A stretch of 64,000 bases of DNA. Source: a virus. The notes below the pieces were generated by a model, which worked only from the letters and a program-made list of their open reading frames with translations, was not told the DNA's origin and made no database searches. The stretch lies in the IMG/VR virus record IMGVR_UViG_3300037467_001303, positions 32,001-96,000 of that record; one strand, written 5' to 3'. Below, in pieces: positions 34,028-43,056 of the stretch (position 1 is the first letter of the stretch; the number at the start of each line of letters is the position of its first letter). The translations under genes and the position numbers were made by a program.

Positions 34028-35616
34028 GCTTGGCCCTCGGTCTTCTGCATGCGGTCGGTGAAGTCCTGCACGCTGCGGTAGAACACTGCGCCGCTCTCGA
34101 CGCTGCGGTAGACCACCACTTCGGGCAGATCCCGGCTGGTGCCTGCACCCCTGGCGATCCCGGCCAGCTCGTAGTTCCCGCCCTTGCCGATGCAGGTGTA
34201 GAACTCGCCGGTGACGGTATTGAGCCGTCGGGCGATTTCCTCGGCATGGGCGCGTTCGCGCTCCACCGAGCCGAAGTCGCCGCTGATTTCCAGCGACACG
34301 TCGTGCGTGAAGTCGTCGGACTGGATCACGATGCGGCCCTGGCCCCAGTCGTTGACCTGCCACGGACCCTTTTCCGTGACTGTCACGGATTCGCGCTCCA
34401 GCGCTGCGCGCAGCTTCGGCAGCGCCTTCTCGGCTTCCTTGTACGCCTGGCCATCGTCGCCCTGCAGGATGTCGTCGAGCCGGTTGATCGCCACCCGCAG
34501 CGCGTCAATTCCCCCGAATTCGCGGGAATTGGCCAGCCCACTGCCGCCGCACGCCTTGCAGGTGTCGTCGCCACCAGGCGGCACCGGCGAAGTCTTGATG
34601 CCCTGGCCGACGCATTCCTTGCACCAGTCGCCCAGCATGGCCTGCGCTTCCGCATCGGCAGCAGCGTGGCCAGCTGGATCGGCGCGGCGCGAGGCGGCCT
34701 CGTAGATCGCGCCGTCGCCCGGGGCGTCTTCCTGATCGAGGCTGGCCAGAATCTTGCGGATGTCCTGGGCATAGACTTTTGCCACCGCATGGCTTACCCC
34801 GCCGAACTCGAACCGGCCGGCCAGGAATTCGAGCATGCCGCGCGCCGTCGTTGCCACAGGATCGTTGCAGCCGCAGTCGCAGTCCTTCCTGATCCTGGCC
34901 TCGGCCGCCGGACTGGCCGCCATCCGTTCGCGCAGCTCGATGCACTCCTGCGACTTCGCCGTAGCCCTGGCTTCGGCCCGGTCGGCGCGCAGCGTCTCGG
35001 CAGCAAGCCGGCGGTGCAGCGCGATGATCTCCTCGTCGGCCGTGATCGCGGTTCCCCAGCAGGTCCTGTTGATCTCGGCCTCGATCTCGGCATGGGTCCG
35101 CTCCGGGTAGGCCCGCACCATGTTGACGTGGAAGGCGGCGCGCAACTGGCGCAGCCTGGCCAGCACCGCCTCGGACACGAACATCGGCGGCACCCGCTCG
35201 TCGATCAGCCCCGCCTCGACCAGCTCCTGGCGAACCATGTCCATGCAGTCGGCCATGCCCTGCAGCGCCAGGCGCTCCGTATCGACCTCCGGGCGGTCCA
35301 GCAGCCGCGCGAAGGAGCGGTCAAACGCTTCCAGTTCGTGCTGCCAGTACGCGGCCGAATCGTGGTTGCGCCGTTCCGTCTCGGCGTTGATGCACTCCGT
35401 GATCGCGTCCCGCCATGCCGAGCGGTGCGTCGTGAAGTTCGCCGGGATGTACTGCTGCGCCGGATCGCCGGCGCGGGCCTGCTCCACCAGCGGCTTGAGC
35501 GCGGCACGCGCGTCCGCCGGCAGGATCTGCTCCCACTCGTCGTAGTAGTGCACCAGTTGCCGGTCGCGGCTCATGCCCCCGCCAGCGCCTTGTTCTGTTT
35601 CTTTTTGGATATCCAT
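34024..35616 (-). CDS. Large mosaic multidomain accessory protein
   Basis: Long ORF with GC3-rich codons; CKEC/CKAC zinc finger and a C-terminal KGG.Y...VVYR domain; start uncertain. Confidence 0.65.
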   Translation of the reverse strand: MDIQKETEQGAGGGMSRDRQLVHYYDEWEQILPADARAALKPLVEQARAGDPAQQYIPANFTTHRSAWRDAITECINAETERRNHDSAAYWQHELEAFDRSFARLLDRPEVDTERLALQGMADCMDMVRQELVEAGLIDERVPPMFVSEAVLARLRQLRAAFHVNMVRAYPERTHAEIEAEINRTCWGTAITADEEIIALHRRLAAETLRADRAEARATAKSQECIELRERMAASPAAEARIRKDCDCGCNDPVATTARGMLEFLAGRFEFGGVSHAVAKVYAQDIRKILASLDQEDAPGDGAIYEAASRRADPAGHAAADAEAQAMLGDWCKECVGQGIKTSPVPPGGDDTCKACGGSGLANSREFGGIDALRVAINRLDDILQGDDGQAYKEAEKALPKLRAALERESVTVTEKGPWQVNDWGQGRIVIQSDDFTHDVSLEISGDFGSVERERAHAEEIARRLNTVTGEFYTCIGKGGNYELAGIARGAGTSRDLPEVVVYRSVESGAVFYRSVQDFTDRMQKTEGQA

Positions 35617-35669
35617 CACGCCAGTTTCTCGCGTGCTGTTACCACCTGTCAAGAGTTCGGAGACCTCCC

Positions 35670-35933
35670 ATGAAGAAGTTCGTCACTCCTGTCGCAGTAC
35701 CGGAACAGGTCCCCAGCATGAAGGCGCCGCCGGCCCCGCCGAAAGCGGCCCAGCCGCCGCGCGTGCCGGCGCCGAACCCCGACGTGCCGTCGCCGATGGC
35801 GCGCCCGCCGGTGGCCAAGACCAGCCGCCAGGTCCCGAGCGTGCCGACCGGCCGCGGCGTGGTGCGCACCGACACCCATAACCAGGCCAACCAGATCCCG
35901 CATCACGCCAAGCACAAGGGCCGGGGTGTGTGA
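35670..35933 (+). CDS. Pro/Lys-rich hypothetical protein
   Basis: GGAG RBS; first gene of the head operon. Confidence 0.55.
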   Translation: MKKFVTPVAVPEQVPSMKAPPAPPKAAQPPRVPAPNPDVPSPMARPPVAKTSRQVPSVPTGRGVVRTDTHNQANQIPHHAKHKGRGV

Positions 35934-36053
35934 TGGCGACCGGCGCGTTCCCTCCCGCGCCGTTCCAGCCATCCCCCGACTTCGTGGCCTGGCTCGACAG
36001 CCTGCCGCCCAGCTCGCTACCACCGCAACCGCTGCCGATTCCCGAGGATTCCG

Positions 36054-38513
36054 ATGAGTGACGACCGTACCATCCCGCGCTATTCGACCCGCCTGTGGTC
36101 GGAAGAGGTCGGGATGGCCGATCCCGGCGCGAATTTCGACGCCCCGCCGGTGCTCGGCTACAGCTTCGGCGGCCGCACGCTCACCACCGATGTCAACACG
36201 ACCCTGTACGCCCCGATCCCGCCGATGCAGCCGGTGGTCGAGGCGGCCACGCGCCAGACCCAGATCGCCCAGGCCGTGGCCGAGGTCGTGATCCAGGCGC
36301 CGGAGTCGATCGTCACCAGCCAGTTCCAGTCCGTGCAGGCGGTCCTCGCCGCCGTCACCCCGCCGGCCCTGCTCGACGTGGCCACCGGCCAGGCCCAGTC
36401 CAGCCGCGCGATCGCGCCGGTCGACGGCACCCGCCCGCTGGCAGTGGCCAGCGCCACCACCCGCCAGGGCCAGCGCACCGTCGGCTACGCCAGCGCCGCC
36501 GCCGCCAGCGATCCGCCGCAGACCGGCACGCCGATCGACATGGGCGCCCAGATCACCACGCTCAAGCTGGAAAACACCACCACCAGCGCCGTCACCAACC
36601 AGGCCTTCGCGCTCGGCCACGTGTTTGCCCTCGGGAACCTGCCGGCGGCCGGCGCCGGTATCGCCCTGCAGCTGCCCGACGGCAGCAGCATCGCCTCCCA
36701 GCTCAACGTCAAGGCGCTGCACGCGGACGGTTCGGTGCGCCACGCCGTCATCAGCGGCGTGCTGCCCAGCCTGGGCGCGTCGGCCTCGCAGACGCTGTCG
36801 ATCCGGCGCGCGCCCGCCGCCGCCAGCGCACCCGCCATCGGCCTGCCGGCCACGCTGCCAAACGTGTCCATCACGATCAGCGGCGCGGTCTACACCGCCA
36901 GCGCACAGGGCGCCACCTACAGCACCTGGTTCGCCGGCCCGATCTGCTCCGACTACATCTTCAACGTGCCGTTCGTGGGCGCCGCCGGCCCGCACCCGAC
37001 CCTGACCGCGCAATTCTCGGTACGCGTGTTCAACACCGGCACCACCCGCGTCGACGCGGTCGTCGAGCACTGCAAGGCCTACGCCTCGACCACCGACATC
37101 ACCTACGACGTGACCGTCAGCGCCGGCGGCACGACCTACTACAGCAAGACCGGCCTGATCCATACCCCAGCGGCGCGCTGGAAGCGCACCTTCTGGATCG
37201 GCACCGCGCCAAAGCTGCACATCCGCCACGACACCGCCTACCTGATCGCCTCCAGGGCCGTGCCGAACTACGACCAGCGCATCAGGATCTCCGAATCCCT
37301 GCTGGCCGGCTACGCGACCGCGCTGGGCAACGGCAAGTTCGTGCCGATGGGCACCGGCAGCCTGCTGCCGGCGATGGAAACCACCGGCGGGCGCGCCGAC
37401 ATCGGCATCATGCCGGACACCCACGTCGCCCTGATCCTGTCGATGGACAAGCGCGCCAAGGACATCGCCCTGGGCAACGCCGACGCCGGCGGCACCTGGC
37501 CGGCCTGCCGCCGCGACGACAGCACCGGGCCGGGCGCCGGCTATCCGCTGTCGGTCCTGAACTTCCCGTATGCCACGGTCCTGGGCGGCGGCAGCGACGG
37601 CATCAACCCGACCACCGGCAAGAACGAGCACCTGCCTGCGCTCTCCACCGTCACCCAGGCGCACTGGGATTCGTCGCACCAGCCGGGCGTGTTCTACCTG
37701 CCGTACCTGCTGACGGCGGACCTGTACTACCTCGAAGGCCTGCACTTCTGGTGCGCCGCGAACATCTACCAGTCCAACCCGTACTACCGCAACAAGGCGC
37801 AGGGCCTGATCTCGCCGGACCAGGTGCGCGGCCAGGGCTGGAACATCCGCTCGCTGGCCGAGTGCGCCTACGTGACGCCGGACGACCACCCGCTGAAGTC
37901 CCACTTCGACTACTGGATCGGCACGAACTTCGCCTGGTACAACCAGAAATACACCGACGGCAACGACAACGTGCTGGGCATCATCACCGGCAGCGCGTTC
38001 GCCTACAACAACGGGCGCGGCATGGCGCCGTGGCAGGACGACTTCTTCACCCAGGCCCTGAGGCACGCCGTCGAGCTGCTCGACAACAGCGCCGCCAAGC
38101 GCCTCTTGATGTGGAAGGCGAAGTTCCAGGTCTCGCGCATCGTCGGCGAGGGCACCTGCATCATGGACGCCGCCAACTACGACCTGAACGCCCGCGACAG
38201 CTCCACGTCGCCGTACTACACCACCATCGGCCAGTGCATGGCGGCGACCATCCCGGCCACCATGAGCCAGTATCCGTGCAACTCGCCGCAGCGCCTGGCC
38301 ACCGCCAGCTCGCCGAACCTGCTGCCCGGCGACATCGACGGCTACCCGGACTCGACCCAGGGCTATCCGGCCAACATGCAGCCGGCGCTGGCCGCCGCGG
38401 TCGACATCGGCTACCCGCAGGCCGACATCGCCTGGGCCATGTTCGACGCGCGGCCCACGAAACCGGACTACTCGACCGGCCCGCAGTTCGCCATCGTGCC
38501 GCGCCCGCGCTAG
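36054..38513 (+). CDS. Putative polysaccharide-lyase-like (alpha/alpha toroid) enzyme with fibre-repeat N-terminus
   Basis: DGSVRHA, GGRADIG, D.SHQP...Y.PYLLT.D.YYLE.L.FW and QVRGQGW..R.L recall the PcRGLX/YetA-like family; four TxQxQ repeats upstream. Confidence 0.55.
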   Translation: MSDDRTIPRYSTRLWSEEVGMADPGANFDAPPVLGYSFGGRTLTTDVNTTLYAPIPPMQPVVEAATRQTQIAQAVAEVVIQAPESIVTSQFQSVQAVLAAVTPPALLDVATGQAQSSRAIAPVDGTRPLAVASATTRQGQRTVGYASAAAASDPPQTGTPIDMGAQITTLKLENTTTSAVTNQAFALGHVFALGNLPAAGAGIALQLPDGSSIASQLNVKALHADGSVRHAVISGVLPSLGASASQTLSIRRAPAAASAPAIGLPATLPNVSITISGAVYTASAQGATYSTWFAGPICSDYIFNVPFVGAAGPHPTLTAQFSVRVFNTGTTRVDAVVEHCKAYASTTDITYDVTVSAGGTTYYSKTGLIHTPAARWKRTFWIGTAPKLHIRHDTAYLIASRAVPNYDQRIRISESLLAGYATALGNGKFVPMGTGSLLPAMETTGGRADIGIMPDTHVALILSMDKRAKDIALGNADAGGTWPACRRDDSTGPGAGYPLSVLNFPYATVLGGGSDGINPTTGKNEHLPALSTVTQAHWDSSHQPGVFYLPYLLTADLYYLEGLHFWCAANIYQSNPYYRNKAQGLISPDQVRGQGWNIRSLAECAYVTPDDHPLKSHFDYWIGTNFAWYNQKYTDGNDNVLGIITGSAFAYNNGRGMAPWQDDFFTQALRHAVELLDNSAAKRLLMWKAKFQVSRIVGEGTCIMDAANYDLNARDSSTSPYYTTIGQCMAATIPATMSQYPCNSPQRLATASSPNLLPGDIDGYPDSTQGYPANMQPALAAAVDIGYPQADIAWAMFDARPTKPDYSTGPQFAIVPRPR

Positions 38514-38517
38514 GACC

Positions 38518-38667
38518 ATGGACCAGACCAGCCTGTCCTACCGCGACTACCAGGCCCTGCCCGAGTCGATCCGCGCCCTGTATTCGTTCGAGCAGTACCT
38601 GTGGCTGTCGGACGCCGAGAAATCCCGCCTGGTCCAGCTCGAATGCGAGCCGGACAGCTACGACTGA
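38518..38667 (+). CDS. 49-aa hypothetical protein
   Basis: YQALPESIR..YS.EQYLWLSD.EK. Confidence 0.55.
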   Translation: MDQTSLSYRDYQALPESIRALYSFEQYLWLSDAEKSRLVQLECEPDSYD

Positions 38668-38684
38668 CCACGAAGGACCCACAC

Positions 38685-39041
38685 ATGAGCAAAATCCTCG
38701 TCGGCCTGGATGACGACGCCGACCCGACCTGCGCCAACGACATGCTGCTGGCCAAGGAGATCGCCGACACCCTGCACAGCCACTACCACGGCCACCTGTG
38801 GGGCGTGCAGGTCAGCGGCAGGACCGGCATGGCCGACATCTTCCTGGTGCTGGTGTCGGGGAACATGGGTTTCAGGCTGAAACTCAAGAACATGTTCTCG
38901 GCCTCGGACTTCAAGAAGGACGTGATCCGCGCCGGCGGCGAGATCCTGGAGCGCTACAACCTGACCCGCGGCCGCTTCGACGAGGCCCAGTTCGCCCAGC
39001 TCAAGACCAACTTCGCCGGCGACTACCTGTATCACCGCTAA
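38685..39041 (+). CDS. Conserved phage hypothetical protein
   Basis: AK.IA..L..HY.GHLW.V...RAGGEILERY.L.RG. Confidence 0.65.
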   Translation: MSKILVGLDDDADPTCANDMLLAKEIADTLHSHYHGHLWGVQVSGRTGMADIFLVLVSGNMGFRLKLKNMFSASDFKKDVIRAGGEILERYNLTRGRFDEAQFAQLKTNFAGDYLYHR

Positions 39042-39057
39042 CACCCAAGGCCCCGAC

Positions 39058-42000
39058 ATGGACGACCAGACCCCAACCCCGAATCCGACCGACTGGGTCG
39101 GCCTGGCGCGTGACGCCTACAGTGCGTCCTCGAACTGGTTCGACAGTTCCGTGCGCGCGCAGGTCGAGGGAGACCTGCGCCAGTTCCAGGGCCAGCACCC
39201 GACCGGCAGTAAATACCTGGCCGAGGCCAACAAGGGCAGGTCGAAACTGTTCCGGCCCAAGACCCGCACCACGATCAGGAAAAACGAGGCCGCCGCAGCA
39301 CAGGCCTTCTTCGCCTCCAACGATGTCGTCACCGTCACCGCCGAGGATGCCGACAGCGCCGAGCACGAGGCCGCCGCCGCCGTCATGGGCGAGCTGCTGC
39401 AGTACCGCCTGACCAAGTCCATTCCGTGGTTCCTGACCCTGGTCGGCGCCTACCAGGACGCCCAGACCGTGGGCGTGGTGGCCAGCTACCAGTATTGGGA
39501 ATACAACGAGGCCAAGGGCATCGACCGCCCCGCGATCCGCCTGATCCCGGTCGAGAACCTGCGCCTGGACCCCGGCGCCGACTGGACCGACCCAATCAAC
39601 ACCAGCCCTTACGTGATCGAGCTGATCCCGATGTACGTCAAGGACGTGAAGGCGCGCATGCGCAACGTCGATCCCAAGACCGGCGAGCCGAAGTGGAACC
39701 AGCTGCCGGAAGCGACCATCATGGGCGCCACCAAGACCTACGGCGACACCATCCGCCTGCAGCGCGAGGCACCGCGCCCGGACAGCAAGTACCAGCAGCA
39801 GGCCAACAACAATTACTCGGTGGTCTGGGTCCACAAGAACATCGTCGAGGTCGAGGGCGTCGACTACTGCTACTACACGCTGGGCTGCGAACACCTGCTG
39901 TCCGACCCGGTGCCGCTGAAGGACATGTATTTCCACGGCCGCCGCCCGTACGCCATGGGCTGCGCCGTGCTCGAAGCGCACAAGCTCTATCCGTCGTCGG
40001 TGCCGCGCCTGACCCGCGACGTGCAGGCCGAGATCAACGAAGTGGCCAACCAGCGCATCGACAACGTCAAGCTGGCCATGAACAAGCGGTACTTTGCGCG
40101 CCGCAATAAACAGGTCGACCTGCGCAGCGTGACCCGGAACGTGCCCGGCTCGGTGACGCTGGTGCAGGACATCGACGACGTGAAGGTCGTCGAGTTCAAC
40201 GACGTGACCGGCTCCAGCTACAAGGAACAGGAAGTCCTGAACCTGGACTTCGACGACGTGGCCGGCACCTTCTCCGGCTCGTCGGTCCAGTCCAACAGGA
40301 AGCTGAACGAGACGGTGGGCGGCATGCAGATGCTCGACGCCGGCGCCAACCAGGTCTCCGGCTACCAGCTGCGCACCTTCGTCGAAACCTGGGTCGAGCC
40401 GGTGCTGCGCCAGCTGGTGCTGCTGGAGCAGTATTACGAGACCGACGACACGGTGCTGGCCCTGTGCGGCAAGAGCGCGCAGCTGTTCGAGCGCTTCGGC
40501 ATCGACCAGATCACCGACGAAGCCCTGATGGGCGAACTGACCCTGAACGTCAACGTCGGCATGGGCGCCGTCAACCCGGCCGACCAGGTGCGCCAGTTCG
40601 TCGACGCCATGAACGCGCTGGGCAACATGCTGGCCAACGGTTCGCTGGTGAACCTGGGCCTGAACATCGAAGAGGTCGTCAAGGAGCTGTTCGGCAAGCT
40701 CGGCTACAAGAACGGCGCGCGCTTCTTCAAGATGGACGGCACCGACCCGATGGTCAAGCAGCTGCAGCAGCAGATCGAGCAGCTGAACCAGCAGCTGGCG
40801 CAGAAGGCCGACCCGGCCCTGATCGCGGCCCAGATCCGCAGGATCGACGCCGAAGTCGCCAGCATGGCCGTCAAGGACCGGGTCGCCACCGCCGACGCCG
40901 TGAAAAAGGGTTCGGAGGCGCAGTTCTCGGCCATGCAGACCGCCGAGGTGATCGCCGCGGTGCCGGACGTGGCGCCGATCGCCGACGAACTGATGAAGGC
41001 CGCCGGCTACCGCCCGCCGACGCCTGGCGGCGTCGACCCGAACTTCCCGATGCCGGGCGCACCCGCCGCCGGCCTCGGGCTGGAAGCGGTCAAGAACCGC
41101 CGCACCGGGGTCGGCTTCATGCCCGGTGGCGGATCGACCACCCTGAATCCCCTGCCGTCGATGCCCCCGACGGCAGGGACGGGAGCACACGCCGGCATCG
41201 AGACCACCCGCCCGGATTCGCTTGGCGCCAACCTGATCGCCCAGGCCGCCTACGCCAACGGCGGCCTGCTGCCGTCCTACGCCGCCGACGAGCGCGCCGA
41301 CCAGATGGACCGGATGCGGATCGAGGCCGACAACGCGCGCCTCTACCGCGCCGAGCTGGGCGGCAGGGTCCCGGACCCGATCTCGAACCAGTTGAACGGT
41401 TTTACCAGCGACACCAACGAGGACCTGACCGGCCGCTCGCGCCTGCCGTACCCGCAAGGTGAGGGTTATGCCGACGGCGGCCTGGTCGACGCGCCCAATC
41501 CATTGCAACAGGCCTGGAACGGTGGCGTGGCGGCGCTGAGCAGCAGCGCCCGCCAGGTCGCCAGCCTGCCGGGCCGCGCCCTGGACCGCTACGACCAGCT
41601 CTCGAACGCCTACCCGAAGACCAAGCTGGCACTCGATGTGCTGCCGGGCACGAACGTCGCCACCTCGGCGCTGGACGTGGCCAGCGACCTGCACAAGGGC
41701 GACATCGCGGCCGCCGCCGGTGACGCGATCGGCCTGCTGCCGGGCTACAAGCTGCTCAAGGCACCGATGCACACGCCAATCCAGCGCGGCCTGGCCAAGC
41801 TGTCCAGGAACGCCCCGACGCTCGACACCGCGATCAACGCCATCCCGGAATACGCCCAGAAGGTCTACGGCCAGCAGCAGCCGCCAGGCTACGCCGACGG
41901 TGGCCTGATCCAGGGTCCGGGCACCGGCACCTCCGACTCGATCCCGGCCACCATCGACGGCCAGCAGCCGGCCCAGGTCTCGGACGGCGAGTACCTCGTC

Positions 42001-42207
42001 CCGGCCAACGTGGTCCAGGCCATCGGACAGGACTTCTTCGAGCACCTGGTGCAGCAGCTGCACACCCCGGTCCCGGGCGAACCCGGCCCGGTGGCCGATG
42101 TCGACCCGGTCGGCATGAACGGCGGCGACTTCGTGGTCCCCGCCGATGTCGTCGCCCAGCTGGGCCGCGACTACTTCGACAAACTCGTCCAGGACTACGG
42201 CGCATGA
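39058..42207 (+). CDS. Portal protein with long C-terminal extension
   Basis: Position between terL and scaffold; LFRPKTR, Q.EINE..NQRIDN, NETVGGM and FVETWVEPVL..L portal-like features. Confidence 0.8.
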   Translation: MDDQTPTPNPTDWVGLARDAYSASSNWFDSSVRAQVEGDLRQFQGQHPTGSKYLAEANKGRSKLFRPKTRTTIRKNEAAAAQAFFASNDVVTVTAEDADSAEHEAAAAVMGELLQYRLTKSIPWFLTLVGAYQDAQTVGVVASYQYWEYNEAKGIDRPAIRLIPVENLRLDPGADWTDPINTSPYVIELIPMYVKDVKARMRNVDPKTGEPKWNQLPEATIMGATKTYGDTIRLQREAPRPDSKYQQQANNNYSVVWVHKNIVEVEGVDYCYYTLGCEHLLSDPVPLKDMYFHGRRPYAMGCAVLEAHKLYPSSVPRLTRDVQAEINEVANQRIDNVKLAMNKRYFARRNKQVDLRSVTRNVPGSVTLVQDIDDVKVVEFNDVTGSSYKEQEVLNLDFDDVAGTFSGSSVQSNRKLNETVGGMQMLDAGANQVSGYQLRTFVETWVEPVLRQLVLLEQYYETDDTVLALCGKSAQLFERFGIDQITDEALMGELTLNVNVGMGAVNPADQVRQFVDAMNALGNMLANGSLVNLGLNIEEVVKELFGKLGYKNGARFFKMDGTDPMVKQLQQQIEQLNQQLAQKADPALIAAQIRRIDAEVASMAVKDRVATADAVKKGSEAQFSAMQTAEVIAAVPDVAPIADELMKAAGYRPPTPGGVDPNFPMPGAPAAGLGLEAVKNRRTGVGFMPGGGSTTLNPLPSMPPTAGTGAHAGIETTRPDSLGANLIAQAAYANGGLLPSYAADERADQMDRMRIEADNARLYRAELGGRVPDPISNQLNGFTSDTNEDLTGRSRLPYPQGEGYADGGLVDAPNPLQQAWNGGVAALSSSARQVASLPGRALDRYDQLSNAYPKTKLALDVLPGTNVATSALDVASDLHKGDIAAAAGDAIGLLPGYKLLKAPMHTPIQRGLAKLSRNAPTLDTAINAIPEYAQKVYGQQQPPGYADGGLIQGPGTGTSDSIPATIDGQQPAQVSDGEYLVPANVVQAIGQDFFEHLVQQLHTPVPGEPGPVADVDPVGMNGGDFVVPADVVAQLGRDYFDKLVQDYGA

Positions 42208-42512
42208 GCATCGAGATCGACTTTTCCCGCTTCCCCCCGGAAGTGCGCGAGCAACTGAAAACGGTGCAGTTCGGCCTGGACGTGGCCGCTTTCGCCGAGA
42301 CCGCCGTCGGCCAGTACCTGATCGGCCGCGCCGAGCAGGAGAGGGAAGCCGCGCTGGAGGCGATGGCCTACGGCAGCGCCAGCGACATCGACCGCATGCG
42401 CGAGCTGCAGCTGGTGGTGCGCCGCGCCGACAGCTTCGCCCAGTGGCTGGCCGACGCCCAGATCGCCGGCGAAGCGGCCGCCACCGAACTGCAACAACGC
42501 GAAGGAGAGTAA
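42204..42512 (+). CDS. Hypothetical protein following portal
   Basis: ATGA-coupled to the portal. Confidence 0.65.
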   Translation: MSIEIDFSRFPPEVREQLKTVQFGLDVAAFAETAVGQYLIGRAEQEREAALEAMAYGSASDIDRMRELQLVVRRADSFAQWLADAQIAGEAAATELQQREGE

Positions 42513-42781
42513 TGGATACCGCAATGCTCGACGAACTGCTGGAAGGCGACGAAGCGATGCTGCTCGATCCGCGCGAGGTGTTCGACGCCTGCGTGATCGG
42601 CATCGCCGAGCGCATCAACCTGCGCGTGGCCGCCTACGACGTGGACAAGGTGCTGCAGGCGCTGATGGACCACCACGGCATGGACGAGGACGACGCCCAG
42701 GAATACTTCGACTTCAACATCGCCGGCAGCTGGGTCGGCGAGGGTTCCCCGGTGTTCATCTACCCGTTCGGTGACGAATGA
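42512..42781 (+). CDS. Conserved phage hypothetical protein
   Basis: FD...IG...YD..K...GM..DA.EYFDFNI.G.WVGE..P.F. Confidence 0.7.
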   Translation: MDTAMLDELLEGDEAMLLDPREVFDACVIGIAERINLRVAAYDVDKVLQALMDHHGMDEDDAQEYFDFNIAGSWVGEGSPVFIYPFGDE

Positions 42782-43056
42782 CGGACGGCCGCAAGAACGA
42801 TGCCGGCAAGCTGCGCTACGAGCTGCTGCCGATGGCGCCGGTCGACGCGATCGTCGATGTGCTGACCTTCGGCGCCGCGAAATACGACGACGACAACTGG
42901 CGCCGCGTACCCGACGCCGAGAACCGCTACTACGCCGCCGCCATGCGCCACCTGTCGGCCTGGCGCCAGGGCGAGAACATCGACCCGGAATCGGGCCGCT
43001 CGCATTTGGCCCACGCGGCATGCTGCCTGGTGTTCCTGATGGAGCTGCACGAATGA
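42778..43056 (+). CDS. dATP/dGTP diphosphohydrolase domain protein (DUF5664)
   Basis: K.DAGK.RY.LLP, FGAAKY..NW, RHL..W..GE..DPESG..HLAHA.C. Confidence 0.85.
   Translation: MTDGRKNDAGKLRYELLPMAPVDAIVDVLTFGAAKYDDDNWRRVPDAENRYYAAAMRHLSAWRQGENIDPESGRSHLAHAACCLVFLMELHE

Noticed and set aside
39001-42618. Very long opposite-strand ORFs (e.g. 39001-42618, 35649-38519, 59766-63722, 55363-57981, 34030-35673)
   Set aside because: Shadow frames of GC3-rich real genes; no motifs or RBS, and they fully overlap better-supported CDSs.
42778-43056. Z-genome or 7-deazaguanine pathway
   Set aside because: No purZ, queC/D/E, folE, dpdA or DNA polymerase seen in the window.
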